From a virus, in the IMG/VR virus record IMGVR_UViG_3300025646_000029, positions 1 to 64,000 of that record: a stretch of DNA of 64,000 nt. The stretch is one strand, 5' to 3'. The position numbers were made by a program, and so were the translations under genes. Positions within the stretch are counted from its first letter, which is position 1; every line of letters starts with the position of its first letter. This document shows, in pieces, positions 46,358 through 56,733 of the stretch. Under the pieces are notes generated by a model. The model made no database searches, was not told where the DNA came from, and was given only the letters and a program-made list of their open reading frames with translations.

Positions 46358-47170
46358 ATGGCGAAATCAAAAAAGAACGCAATCGAAGAATCAACAGAAA
46401 TTGAAGAATGGGATTTCGAGGCGACTGCAGAAGAAAACTCGGTAAACCAAGAAAGCCCAACCGAACAAACAAATGTTGTTCCGAAAATGTACTCCGAAGA
46501 GTGGGAAAACTACGTTCTTTCTAATCTGAGAAACTCAGAAGTTACAAGTGATGGTTTTCCAAGGGCATTCGGGCTGCGCAGACTTGTACAGGATCACGTC
46601 GGTCAAATAATTAGCACTAGAACCCCTATTGTATCTGTCATTCCAATAGAAAACGGTTCTAGGGCTGTTACTGTAAGCGCAGAAATACAAGTAAGGGTTT
46701 CTGAAACCGTAGGATTTTTTGTCGACGGAGAAAATGTTTTTCAAAGCGAAACAAGAACTTTTACCGGAACAGCAGACTGCATAGAATCTGAGTCAAATAT
46801 ATTCGCTAGGCACCCGGCTGCTTCGGCAGAAACAAAAGCATTAAGCAGAGCCTACAAAATGGCTCTTGGATTAACTGTTTTGACTGCTGAAGAAAAGATA
46901 TCTGGATACGACCAACAAGAAGACCTGCAAAGCATGGCGCAATCGCAAAACGCCAAGCCCGCTGCTGCGTCTAGTATATTAAAGATGATAAAGGGCAAAA
47001 TATCAACCCTTCGACCGGACGCCCCAGTTGAAGATACGGTAAAAGAAATTCTTGAAAAATGTGAAATCCAAAAATCTAAACTTGAACAACTAGACGGTTC
47101 AGAGGCCAGAGTTGTATGGGGCTACATAAACGACATGCAACAGACCCTTAAAGAAGAGGTGCCTTTCTAG
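46358..47170 (+). CDS. hypothetical protein with an acidic N-terminus
   Basis: 270 aa. The last gene of the plus-strand block, convergent with the minus-strand block. Confidence 0.45.
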   Translation: MAKSKKNAIEESTEIEEWDFEATAEENSVNQESPTEQTNVVPKMYSEEWENYVLSNLRNSEVTSDGFPRAFGLRRLVQDHVGQIISTRTPIVSVIPIENGSRAVTVSAEIQVRVSETVGFFVDGENVFQSETRTFTGTADCIESESNIFARHPAASAETKALSRAYKMALGLTVLTAEEKISGYDQQEDLQSMAQSQNAKPAAASSILKMIKGKISTLRPDAPVEDTVKEILEKCEIQKSKLEQLDGSEARVVWGYINDMQQTLKEEVPF

Positions 47171-47418
47171 CCTTTGTTTTTTTGACAAGGCACGCACTCT
47201 GAGTTTATAACAACTCCGTTGACGTCGACTAGAGCTTTCCATTTTTTTGGAGTTAATGGGCAGCTTTGTTTGGCGTCAGCGGTTTTTTCTTGAACGTCAC
47301 ATCCACACAACGCGCATGTGTCCGCGACTAGAAATTCGCAGCTCCCACAAATTTTTAATCTCTCTTTTTGAAATTGTTCCATTACCATTTTCCTTCTGGG
47401 CAACTTTCTGAGTCCCAA
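47167..47418 (-). CDS. Cys-rich small protein, member 3 of the CxxC...CxxCGC...CP...W family
   Basis: KICGSCEFLVADTCALCGCDVQEKTADAKQSCPLTPKKW. Confidence 0.45.
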   Translation of the reverse strand: MGLRKLPRRKMVMEQFQKERLKICGSCEFLVADTCALCGCDVQEKTADAKQSCPLTPKKWKALVDVNGVVINSECVPCQKNKG

Positions 47419-47615
47419 GCAATTTTATATTTCAGGTAACACCCACATGAATTACACTTGTTGTTTTCTTGGTCCAGAAAATCGCAACCCGAACAAGCTT
47501 CTGACCGCGATTGTATTGTTTGCTGGTCTGCTGGCTTCAATCCATTGCTGACGTGTTTCAAAACAGACATCGCAAGGCTTACTAATTTTTTTGCGTTCAT
47601 TTGTTGCACCCACAC
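47382..47615 (-). CDS. Cys-rich small protein, member 2 of the same family
   Basis: CSGCDFLDQENNKCNSCGCYLKYKIAWDSESCPEGKW. Confidence 0.45.
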   Translation of the reverse strand: MWVQQMNAKKLVSLAMSVLKHVSNGLKPADQQTIQSRSEACSGCDFLDQENNKCNSCGCYLKYKIAWDSESCPEGKW

Positions 47616-48280
47616 CCCTTTTGAGTTTCTTTTGATTGTACTAAAGAAAAAGTTTTTGTTGTTGATTCGACTTGTTGTTTGGTTATTTCATCCCACAATG
47701 GTTGCTCTAGTGGGCACTTCTCTTTTTTGATAAAAGTTTTTTTTAAAAGATCACAACCACACGCTTGACATGATTTTGTTTCTTTGTCAAAAAAATCGCA
47801 AGCAACGCATTTTTTTAGTCTAGACTTTCGCTCGTTTTGGTCTACAAAACTACTAATAGCTTTTACGTGCTCAGGAATATGTTTTGTGTAAACTTCTGGT
47901 ATACCGTACACATTCAAAGACCCGTTCAAAATATTTTTGCAGCAATCTACTACGGACTCATAGTTTTCGACACGTATTAAATCCGGTTTGTCTATTTTGT
48001 ATGCAACTGCATAAGTGCTCATTCCAAGCAAATTTGAATCATTTTCTTTGGAAAATATTCTTAAAATAGGCACGGCAAAATTTTGTTTTAGTTCCCAACT
48101 GTATATTGTAAAATCTACCAACAAAAAATCAACGCCCGCATGGTCGTTAAAAAAATCTTTTTTTGATTCAACTTTTTTCAAAATCATATCTGAACCGGTT
48201 CCTCGATTGTGGTCACAGCTAGATACCCGTAAAGTTTTCTTAGTTTGCACTTTATATCTTCTTTGGGTTGTATTCGTCAC
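47597..48280 (-). CDS. 227-aa protein with a C-terminal Cys module of the same family
   Basis: CVACDFFDKETKSCQACGCDLLKKTFIKKEKCPLEQPLW, plus a unique ~150-aa N-terminal domain. Confidence 0.5.
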   Translation of the reverse strand: MTNTTQRRYKVQTKKTLRVSSCDHNRGTGSDMILKKVESKKDFFNDHAGVDFLLVDFTIYSWELKQNFAVPILRIFSKENDSNLLGMSTYAVAYKIDKPDLIRVENYESVVDCCKNILNGSLNVYGIPEVYTKHIPEHVKAISSFVDQNERKSRLKKCVACDFFDKETKSCQACGCDLLKKTFIKKEKCPLEQPLWDEITKQQVESTTKTFSLVQSKETQKGCGCNK

Positions 48281-51200
48281 AAAGATCCCATATACCCCAA
48301 GCCATAAAAGGCTGTTCTATCTTTAATTTCAAAGGACTTGTGTTCAAAACTGTTACATCTGCAAAATAACTTCCAGATGATATATCAGCCTGTGACTTTA
48401 TAAAACCACGTGGGCTTTCCCACCATTTTTTTATCCCTGCACCGACGACACAGTCGTCAAATGATTCATAAAATTTTGGACAAGGAAGAGTGGCACTGTA
48501 GTCTCTTGGAGACCCAGTCTCCGGGTAGTCACTGTTTCCTTGAAGTATAAAGCCACCTGTATCATATGGCCTAAGAAGGGCTTTGAACTCCCCAGAAGTT
48601 TTGTCTAGAAAAACAATGAGATCTCCAACCATTACATTAACGCCTTCAAAAAGAGTTTGGTTTGGAAGACCACTAGAAAATTTAGATATTTGCGCGTCTC
48701 CTACGCCAAACTTTGGATTTGCGTCGTCTATTGGTGTGAAATTATTGGTGTCATCGCCGTCCCAGCTAGCAAAATGAACCCTACAATGAACTGTACCGGC
48801 CCAAAATGGAAAATTCTTATAAGTTGTATTCTGTGATTGGTTTTCACAGCAATACGCAGTCAAGTCGTGAAGCTCTTTGTGAAGTCCATTGTAAATTTCA
48901 AACGCACCGGTCGACTGTTGTTCGAATGTTACCATGTCTGTAAGACTGGTAACACAGTTGTAGGAAGTATAAGGCCATGCGGTTTCTGGTACTATAGTTC
49001 CATGTCCCCAATAAGGAGCGCTTTGAAATTTCGGAGTACTTCTGACAATTATATTGCCCATTTCATCCATAAATATCCCTGGAAGCACTGGTCTAGAATA
49101 ATCTTCACCGACGTTTAAATTAAAACTTGTGTATCCATAAAACTTTTGATTAAAACTTCCACTTATTTGTGGACACGAATTCATGCTTCCACAGCCGGAA
49201 GGGTCTGTAAAAACAGGATAATCAGCCGTCCATTCTGTTATATAGTACGGGTAATCCTGAATTAACATCGGAGGGGGTGTTGAACTATTTGAGTCACCAC
49301 CGAGGATTGGTCCCCACAAATTAAAAGAATTAGTTGAAATCCTTTTATCCATGGCGTCAAACATTGTAGAAGTATGATCAAACGCTGTCAGCCCTGTTCC
49401 GCCGCGATAAAACGTTTCATGCGAATAAACCTGTCCGTCAAATTTTATTGTTACTTTTTGATTTCTAACATTAGTTGACGAATAATACTCTGAACACGGA
49501 CGGCTAATAGTTATAGTACCCAGTTCGCATTCAGAACCGTGATAAACATTGTGAAATCCAGAATTCATATTTCCTAATTCATAATCGTCACCACTACCAA
49601 GTATGTAAGTGCTTCCTGTACAAATTGGAAGTAATCCGGAATTCGGTGTTCCGCTAGACAATAAAAACCTAAAATTTCCACTCCACCACAGATTAGTTGG
49701 GTCCCAATTTAATTTGTAACTTAATTTTTCTACTTCAAATAATTTATCACCCTGACAATTTTCATCAAAGTGGTATTGAGTGCCCACATAGCTTGCGCCT
49801 CTATAAAATTTAAAAAGTGAGAAATCATCTCCCCTGACTATCGGGGTCTCTGCGTTCTCAGAAAAATGTGAAAGCTGTAAATACTCGTAATCCTTGATCG
49901 AAAAAGATTTGTCATTCATACCAAACGCACTTAGTCCTAGAGTTCCCACTCTTGGGCACGCCCCGGAATCCACGACTACGTTATTTTGAGTCAAACCGTA
50001 TCTTTCGTGAGATGAATGACCTAAGCCAATAGGAATCGCATCCTCCAATGAGTGCCTATAATCTCCATAAGCGTAGCGTGAATTGTCAAAAGACAACAGG
50101 GGCAGGCATTCGTGGCATGGGTACCCAGAAAAATTAACAAAGTTTTCGTATACATTCAATCCAGTTTCTGGATCAATTCCGACTATTTCAGACACCTCGC
50201 TCACCGACTGCTCGGTAACAACTGGAGTTATGGACCAAGTGTCATCGGCCAAAAGGTCAACTTCGTATGTATCTATTGGGCACCTTAGATACACAAGGTT
50301 CGAAGACGTTGGTGGAACTACACCTATGTCACACCTCCATACCTCGTCGTCTTCGTTCGCTGCGTATTTTAAATATTCATTGTGGTAAGCAGAAAATATC
50401 AGGTACCCTGTTTGTTCTGGTCCAGAACAGATCGAAGAAGGGGGTGGGTCGCAATTGTAACCAGATAACCTAAATTTTGCTTTAGGAATAAAGAACTCGT
50501 TTGTGCTATTACTACACGGGCACCCGAGTGGCCCAAGCATAGTCTTGTTTGAAACGTCGGTATAAGAATAAAAACAAAAATCATCTAACTGGTATTGGGC
50601 CCCGCTTATTTCTGCCCCCACTTGTATTGGAGACGACAAAATATAAATGTCTCCCGAGGCCGGTGTTTTTTCATAAGTTTCTGAAAAAATTAAGCACTCA
50701 TAATAAGGGCATCCTGAATTTGGTAATTCATAAACATACCCCGCCCCGCTTTTATTGTTTGGATTACCTCCCAGAGTAGAGCAACTAAACCCGGTGCTGT
50801 TGCGCCTTTTGTATACATCCACTTCTTGAAAAACTGAATCTGAATCAGGCTTGTTGTAAGTAAGCATCTTGATTATGTATCTGTCACCAGATTCAAAATT
50901 AGTATCAATCGTCAACCCGCTTCCGTTCGGTAAAAGCAGTGAAGTCTGCGCGTTTGAAGTCGTTACAACTGGAGAATAACTTCCATAAAAACCGAAGTTG
51001 GCGTATCCGCTTTGTGTGGGATCTAGGTCGTAAAAAGTACAACCAAGACTATCAAGTCTGCACCCACCGCTGTTTGATATCGGCTCTCCGATTACATAAT
51101 CATAATCATTCGTGGTGCCAGAAGGTAATGCGCCCTTACCGTTGTTTGAAACAAAGGACTGGCGTTGCCATCCTACTTGTAACGGATCGTTAAACGGTTC

Positions 51201-51314
51201 AGAAAAATTGCCGTACTCGTTTATGGTTTGGCAATCCGTTAAATCAAAATTATCGCAAGAAAACCCTTGACAGGTTTCAACACAGTCACATGGGCATGGT
51301 CTTCCCGATCTCAT
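48252..51314 (-). CDS. putative tail fibre / receptor-binding protein (1020 aa)
   Basis: Last large gene of the tail module. Cys-rich N-terminus (CPCDCVETCQGFSCDNFDLTDCQ). Gly/Ser/Asn/Tyr-rich and beta-rich composition. The assignment rests on position only. Confidence 0.45.
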   Translation of the reverse strand: MRSGRPCPCDCVETCQGFSCDNFDLTDCQTINEYGNFSEPFNDPLQVGWQRQSFVSNNGKGALPSGTTNDYDYVIGEPISNSGGCRLDSLGCTFYDLDPTQSGYANFGFYGSYSPVVTTSNAQTSLLLPNGSGLTIDTNFESGDRYIIKMLTYNKPDSDSVFQEVDVYKRRNSTGFSCSTLGGNPNNKSGAGYVYELPNSGCPYYECLIFSETYEKTPASGDIYILSSPIQVGAEISGAQYQLDDFCFYSYTDVSNKTMLGPLGCPCSNSTNEFFIPKAKFRLSGYNCDPPPSSICSGPEQTGYLIFSAYHNEYLKYAANEDDEVWRCDIGVVPPTSSNLVYLRCPIDTYEVDLLADDTWSITPVVTEQSVSEVSEIVGIDPETGLNVYENFVNFSGYPCHECLPLLSFDNSRYAYGDYRHSLEDAIPIGLGHSSHERYGLTQNNVVVDSGACPRVGTLGLSAFGMNDKSFSIKDYEYLQLSHFSENAETPIVRGDDFSLFKFYRGASYVGTQYHFDENCQGDKLFEVEKLSYKLNWDPTNLWWSGNFRFLLSSGTPNSGLLPICTGSTYILGSGDDYELGNMNSGFHNVYHGSECELGTITISRPCSEYYSSTNVRNQKVTIKFDGQVYSHETFYRGGTGLTAFDHTSTMFDAMDKRISTNSFNLWGPILGGDSNSSTPPPMLIQDYPYYITEWTADYPVFTDPSGCGSMNSCPQISGSFNQKFYGYTSFNLNVGEDYSRPVLPGIFMDEMGNIIVRSTPKFQSAPYWGHGTIVPETAWPYTSYNCVTSLTDMVTFEQQSTGAFEIYNGLHKELHDLTAYCCENQSQNTTYKNFPFWAGTVHCRVHFASWDGDDTNNFTPIDDANPKFGVGDAQISKFSSGLPNQTLFEGVNVMVGDLIVFLDKTSGEFKALLRPYDTGGFILQGNSDYPETGSPRDYSATLPCPKFYESFDDCVVGAGIKKWWESPRGFIKSQADISSGSYFADVTVLNTSPLKLKIEQPFMAWGIWDLCDEYNPKKI

Positions 51315-51325
51315 TCATTGTCTCC

Positions 51326-54300
51326 TTATGGTGGAAGTGGTCCACCGCCTCCGGGGTCGCCACCGTCGCCACCATCTCCGCCGTCGCCACTGTTTGCCTG
51401 TGTCCCGGTTCTTAGGGCCAGCATTTCAAGGGCGTCATCATCAGCAGAACAAGCTGCATAAATAATAGACTTTACTCCATTCAAATCGTGATAATAAACA
51501 ATCGTTCCGGGCAATATATCACCGATGCTTTTATCAAATACGACGACTTTGTTTTTGTTTCCAAGTCTTCCTGTGGCCAAACTTGGTCTGTCTGGAATGT
51601 AATCGTAAACCCATCCTTCAGAAGGACTGGTAATACTTGTTGGAGGAGCTATGTTGTCACTGACTATAGCCATGCTTACATTATTGAAGCCCCACATTCC
51701 AATATCAGGCTCGTACGAAGCCTTGAATGGCCCATACGCCCACTTGTCTGGGTTGTAAAGGTAATCGTAGTCGTATTGAGCAGAGCCGCTGTCTGGAGCC
51801 CCTGTGGTTAAAATTAATTCGCCACTAGAATCAACAAGTGCGGGAACAGGCTCGTTATAACAGTCTCTTCCCCAACCTCCGTAAACGGCAGGTGCCTTTA
51901 TTGCTATTCCTTTTTGGTCTGGAACCCCACTACTGTTGACTTCTACAGACAGCCCGTTTCCTCTAACTCCATCGTTTGTTATTTCGCCACCAGAAGCCCC
52001 GGCCACAATAGATATATCGGCACCAACTTGTAATGGATAATAATCAAGAGAAGTCTTGTTTGTTTGTCCTGCTTCTCCTGTGTTCACCGGGAAAAACAAA
52101 CCAGGAAGACCACTCTGTCTTGGAATATTTGCGTACGGCCTAAAAATAGAATCTAGACTAACAAACGCTTTGTTCGAGTAGTTGTCGCTGACCTGTGTGC
52201 TCATATTGTACTCTGGTTGTATCACAACAGTGCTTTTATAAGAACTATTCTCAGCCGCTATAACAGAGTGTGAAGTGTTGCTGTTGTCTCTTTTGGGAAG
52301 CTCTTCAAGGTTGACAAATCTACCCCTTATGTCATTAAAGAACTCAGCGGGAGAAGACCAGGCGCCCTGAGAAAATCCACTTCTAAAAGATCTTTTTACT
52401 TTTCTTGACTCTTCTACTAATCTTTTTATTTTTTCTGTATGAAAGTTTGTGAGCTTACTAAGTCTTCTTTGAGACGAAAAGCTTTGAAAAGAATATTTGG
52501 TTCTTATTCCGTCCGCCCCTACAGAAACATTTATGTCTGTTATATATGGCCCTCCGGAAATAAGTTGATCGCCGATATTCAAATCCGGACCGGAAGCAAT
52601 TGTTAAACTTCCAGTTTCATCAAATGTTTGATCTGTTACGCCGTCATTAACTCTTGCGAATCCAGCTAGATCAAGACCTGTGTATCCTCCGTAATTCCAA
52701 GGAGCGAGGTCTTCGTTTTTTTCGTAGTCAACTGGTCCGTCTGTAAGATTACCAGAAGTCGGAGTGTAATACCATGGGCCATAAGTAAGAACATTGCTTT
52801 TTAATGGTACTGCAAAAATATCTGGCATGATTGATTTTTGCCCAGAATTATAAAACGGTTCATCTCCGCCTATAGAAGCATATATAGCGCGTTTCTTTTC
52901 GTTTGAAAAATTAACGTCTGCATAAAATGCACCGCCCTCCGATATAGCTATGTCTTCTATAAAGTTGTTCAAAACCTTCTTGGAGTTGTATCCATGGTAA
53001 GGATCATACAAAACTTTTCCGGGTAATTCAACAATTGCCCTTGGGTTTTGCAGAGTTGAATTATCGTAATAAACAGTGTTGTCAAGAACTGAACACCGAA
53101 CCCACATGTCTTTGTTGACAAAGTTCCCAGAATTTTGGGCATTTCCAAAAGTACGTTCTTGTTCACTTATCTCGGAGTAATCAAATTGAACGCCGACTGG
53201 CTGTATACCACTATAAGTTATAGCGTTTTTGTATTTAACAAACGGGTAAAACTTGTCTTGTTCTGTTAGTATTGTGTCTACGCCGCTTGTGTCTGGGATC
53301 AAACCAGAGGCGACCCCTATTGCCCATTCTTGGTCACTCAAGTATCCTTCTGAGTTTGGTTTTTGACTAAGCCTTGCCTTGGTTGATTCTGGCTCGATGG
53401 CAACAGAAGTAGAAGGAATAGTTACTATGTATCTTTTGCCATGATAGTTATCTGCTAAGTTCTTTAGTCTTTTGAATATTCTTGTGGTTTTTTCTCGGGC
53501 GCCTGTTTCTATACTATTTCCCTGAGAAAGCTCAAAGGGTTTTGTTATTTGGGAAGAATAGTATTTTGAAATTTGCTCGCTATAAAAGTCTTTGCCTACA
53601 CTGCCGATAAACTTGTTGTAAAGATTTGTAAAAAACTCCTGCTGAGACTGAGTTGAAGCAGTAGTCGATATTGAATACAAGTCATCTTCTCTGAGTCTTG
53701 CGAACGTAATCGCGTGCGGCGCCGGAGTCAAAAGGTCGAATGCTCGACCAAAAAATGGATTGATGGAATTGGTCGACGGGTAGTATAATAGCCTTTGGTA
53801 TTTACCGCCATTTAAAGTAGAGTTCACTGCATGCGAAGCTGCAGAAAAAAACTCTGGGGCTATTGTTTCGCTGTAGTACGTGCCCGCAGTAATATTATCT
53901 GGCAAGTTCCATGTATTTTCTCTTCTTTTTACTTCTATGTATCCAAACTTCGGCACACCTTCAAAGTAATGATCGGCTGTAGCGGCGTATGCTGATCCGG
54001 AAATATCAAAAACTTGGCCGTTTGGAAGTGCAGTCTTTGGAAGCTTTAAAACAAATGGTCTTGCTGTTACGGGACCAGTCCCGTTCGATATATTGTATAG
54101 ATTGCAGGACCTTTTTGCCAAAAATGCTTCCCAAGAGTCTCTTCCGGCCTTTGCTGCTTCTAATTCTTCTGAACTGGTAGTATAAGAACCGGAGGGAAAA
54201 GAAGGGTGGGCTATATCCGATATGTCTATGTCAAACAGATAATTTTCCGGGTCGTCTATGTATGTTCTTCCTACTATGTAATTTCCATACGAATCGTTTC

Positions 54301-55201
54301 CATAATAAGGAAGAACATTATAGCCAAGATATTCTGACTCTGATATTTCTCCATCTTGTATAAGATTGGCGCCTGTAGAAGCCGGGGTTTTTTCAACAAA
54401 CCACATCTGTTCGACATTTGCGCCAACTACCATTTTAGAAGTTGGGTCTTTCCTTATTTCCTGCCCTATATCTTTTTCAACCAAACAGTTTATAGAATTT
54501 ATGTAGTTTTCTATGGCCCCTGGTGTAGGTTCGTTTGACCTACTTATAGTGTAAACCTTGAACTCGCCGTCTAAACCTGGTGTTAGCGTTTCTTCTAATT
54601 TTACAAAAAAATCTACTCCACCAGCCTCACAAACTTCTTGAATAAATTCTAATATACTTACGCTGTCGGAGTTTATTCTGTAGTAATCAGGCAGTAATGG
54701 TAAATTAGAAAGATCTATTCCGTAAGAGTGACCTTTGTGTTTTATTGGGTTTCCATAAACGTTACCAGAAGTGTTGTTTAAAAGATATACAACAGAATCT
54801 CTAACTTTTTTCCAAGAAATACCTGCATCATTTACTTCCGAGTTACCAAAAGAAAATGACTCTAGATAACCAAATGGATTTATCAAGTTAGGGACATTAG
54901 ACGTTGCACCATAGTAATCATTCAAGATCAACTTGGTTCCCTGTAAAAGAAACAACCCATTAGAAAGATTAACACTGTAATCAAAAGAACTAGAGCTGTA
55001 GTTCTCAGTGTACCTATCTAGCAAACCAAAAAATTCAAAAGACCCGTATTGAAACAAGTGAGGATAGCCGACCGGGCCTGGATCAAAACTGTCTCCTTCT
55101 ACTTTACAGTCAGCTAATTTTATATCACAAGATATTTCTGACCCGCCCCATGCTACAGAGGTAGAAAAAGAAAGAATAGAGGACCCTAAAAATTTAGACA
55201 T
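51326..55201 (-). CDS. putative baseplate or tail-associated large structural protein (1291 aa)
   Basis: Sits in the position of tail-associated lysin (Tal)/hub-like proteins. Gly-rich C-terminus GDGGDGGDGGDPGGGGPLPP. Confidence 0.45.
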   Translation of the reverse strand: MSKFLGSSILSFSTSVAWGGSEISCDIKLADCKVEGDSFDPGPVGYPHLFQYGSFEFFGLLDRYTENYSSSSFDYSVNLSNGLFLLQGTKLILNDYYGATSNVPNLINPFGYLESFSFGNSEVNDAGISWKKVRDSVVYLLNNTSGNVYGNPIKHKGHSYGIDLSNLPLLPDYYRINSDSVSILEFIQEVCEAGGVDFFVKLEETLTPGLDGEFKVYTISRSNEPTPGAIENYINSINCLVEKDIGQEIRKDPTSKMVVGANVEQMWFVEKTPASTGANLIQDGEISESEYLGYNVLPYYGNDSYGNYIVGRTYIDDPENYLFDIDISDIAHPSFPSGSYTTSSEELEAAKAGRDSWEAFLAKRSCNLYNISNGTGPVTARPFVLKLPKTALPNGQVFDISGSAYAATADHYFEGVPKFGYIEVKRRENTWNLPDNITAGTYYSETIAPEFFSAASHAVNSTLNGGKYQRLLYYPSTNSINPFFGRAFDLLTPAPHAITFARLREDDLYSISTTASTQSQQEFFTNLYNKFIGSVGKDFYSEQISKYYSSQITKPFELSQGNSIETGAREKTTRIFKRLKNLADNYHGKRYIVTIPSTSVAIEPESTKARLSQKPNSEGYLSDQEWAIGVASGLIPDTSGVDTILTEQDKFYPFVKYKNAITYSGIQPVGVQFDYSEISEQERTFGNAQNSGNFVNKDMWVRCSVLDNTVYYDNSTLQNPRAIVELPGKVLYDPYHGYNSKKVLNNFIEDIAISEGGAFYADVNFSNEKKRAIYASIGGDEPFYNSGQKSIMPDIFAVPLKSNVLTYGPWYYTPTSGNLTDGPVDYEKNEDLAPWNYGGYTGLDLAGFARVNDGVTDQTFDETGSLTIASGPDLNIGDQLISGGPYITDINVSVGADGIRTKYSFQSFSSQRRLSKLTNFHTEKIKRLVEESRKVKRSFRSGFSQGAWSSPAEFFNDIRGRFVNLEELPKRDNSNTSHSVIAAENSSYKSTVVIQPEYNMSTQVSDNYSNKAFVSLDSIFRPYANIPRQSGLPGLFFPVNTGEAGQTNKTSLDYYPLQVGADISIVAGASGGEITNDGVRGNGLSVEVNSSGVPDQKGIAIKAPAVYGGWGRDCYNEPVPALVDSSGELILTTGAPDSGSAQYDYDYLYNPDKWAYGPFKASYEPDIGMWGFNNVSMAIVSDNIAPPTSITSPSEGWVYDYIPDRPSLATGRLGNKNKVVVFDKSIGDILPGTIVYYHDLNGVKSIIYAACSADDDALEMLALRTGTQANSGDGGDGGDGGDPGGGGPLPP

Positions 55202-55225
55202 ACCTGCCTCTGTTAATAAAACTTA

Positions 55226-56713
55226 CTAAGGTGACTGTGAACCTGATGGCGGACACGCCTGTGTTTGCCATACCCAAGACACATTGTAAGAATAAAGTTT
55301 GTCGTACTCGTTCCAGTTCTCAGACTGGCTTTCAACAACTTGATAGTTTACACCAGATATATTCAATGAAGGCATAAAATCGTTTACCGCGCTTTGTAAT
55401 TCTGCTGCCAAGGCTGTGTCGGACCTTGGCCCAAATGCTCCTATAGAAAGATCGCATGGGTAAATTGCTTCTATAGAAAGACTTGTTTTATTGGCTTTAT
55501 TGCCGGTCGTATTTATTTTTTGTATAAGCTCACCACCACCGAGTATTGGTATGGTTGCAAATATATCTTCTCCGAAATTGTTTGATACACTAATATTTTC
55601 CCAACTAGCACTGGATAATCTTCTTGATCTTCCTCCGTGATATTGGTAATTGTACGTTATAGTTCCTGTTAATGGAGAAACTCCAACTGTAGTAACATTT
55701 GGCGTATTGTATAAAGTGAACCCGGTTGCAGCTTCGCCTCTTAGTCGTACACCAGAAGCCTTTATCGAGTTCCAAAAATTTAAAGCGTTGGCGTACTTAG
55801 AAGTCAACACTTCTCCGTTTGCAAAGTCTCTTGTTTCGAAACCGTTTATTGTCCCGTTTATTGTGACATTTGGGCAAGCCCTAGAAGTATCAGTAGAAGA
55901 ATCTACCGTGTATTCTTCTTTGTATGGATCGTTTGAATATGTCCAAGTTTCAGAAACAGAATAAGTTTGGTCGTTTATACTAGAACTGTGTGAGTCGACA
56001 TAATTGTATTTGTTAGTATAGTTATCTAGTCCACTGATAGCCAACTGAGGTGCTACCGCGTTTGCCCCTATTTTAGAAGCAACATATTCTCTCGCTCCGT
56101 CTAGTCCTGACTTTGTTATGTTTCCGCTGGAATCAAATATATTTACTCCTTGGGCGGAAACACTATGAGAAACAGTATATATTCTGTTGTCACCACCTGA
56201 AGCATTAACGTTTTCGTGTTCGTAAGCAAAGTCCCATGATTCAGACACTGTTCTTAGTCTCGTCCCCGTTGGCTCTGCAGGGACGCCGCTACAAAACATG
56301 TTGTCGCTAGTCAGTGTAACAGAAAAGGGCCAGTACTGCGGGTTGTCGGATTCGTCACACGAAAACGACTCCACTTTGGGATAGCATGTCAAGTGGTCGG
56401 GCGAAGTACTGGTCCCTATTGATAGCTTTCTATAACTGTTAGAAAACAAGCCTTCTAGTGCGCATTTTTTTGTTATTAAGGATTTTATCCAATTTGTTTC
56501 ACCATTTTCTTCGATTATGTCGCACGTGCTTCCAGGATCAACAAAGTTTCCGCTTGAATTTGGCGACCCCATTTTTGCCAGAAGTTTACCGCGCAAAGAA
56601 ATACTGTATGAAGACGATATCTTTTCGCCGGCATCGGTAAAAACAGGGTTGTAAGAAACACTTACGGCTTCTATCGGTTCTATGTTAGAAAAATCGTATT
56701 TTATTATTGCCAT
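55226..56713 (-). CDS. putative distal tail protein (495 aa)
   Basis: Sits immediately downstream of the tape-measure-like gene, in the position of a distal tail (Dit) protein. Assignment by synteny only. Confidence 0.4.
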   Translation of the reverse strand: MAIIKYDFSNIEPIEAVSVSYNPVFTDAGEKISSSYSISLRGKLLAKMGSPNSSGNFVDPGSTCDIIEENGETNWIKSLITKKCALEGLFSNSYRKLSIGTSTSPDHLTCYPKVESFSCDESDNPQYWPFSVTLTSDNMFCSGVPAEPTGTRLRTVSESWDFAYEHENVNASGGDNRIYTVSHSVSAQGVNIFDSSGNITKSGLDGAREYVASKIGANAVAPQLAISGLDNYTNKYNYVDSHSSSINDQTYSVSETWTYSNDPYKEEYTVDSSTDTSRACPNVTINGTINGFETRDFANGEVLTSKYANALNFWNSIKASGVRLRGEAATGFTLYNTPNVTTVGVSPLTGTITYNYQYHGGRSRRLSSASWENISVSNNFGEDIFATIPILGGGELIQKINTTGNKANKTSLSIEAIYPCDLSIGAFGPRSDTALAAELQSAVNDFMPSLNISGVNYQVVESQSENWNEYDKLYSYNVSWVWQTQACPPSGSQSP

Positions 56714-56733
56714 TTTGGTTTCCTAGTACCGGC

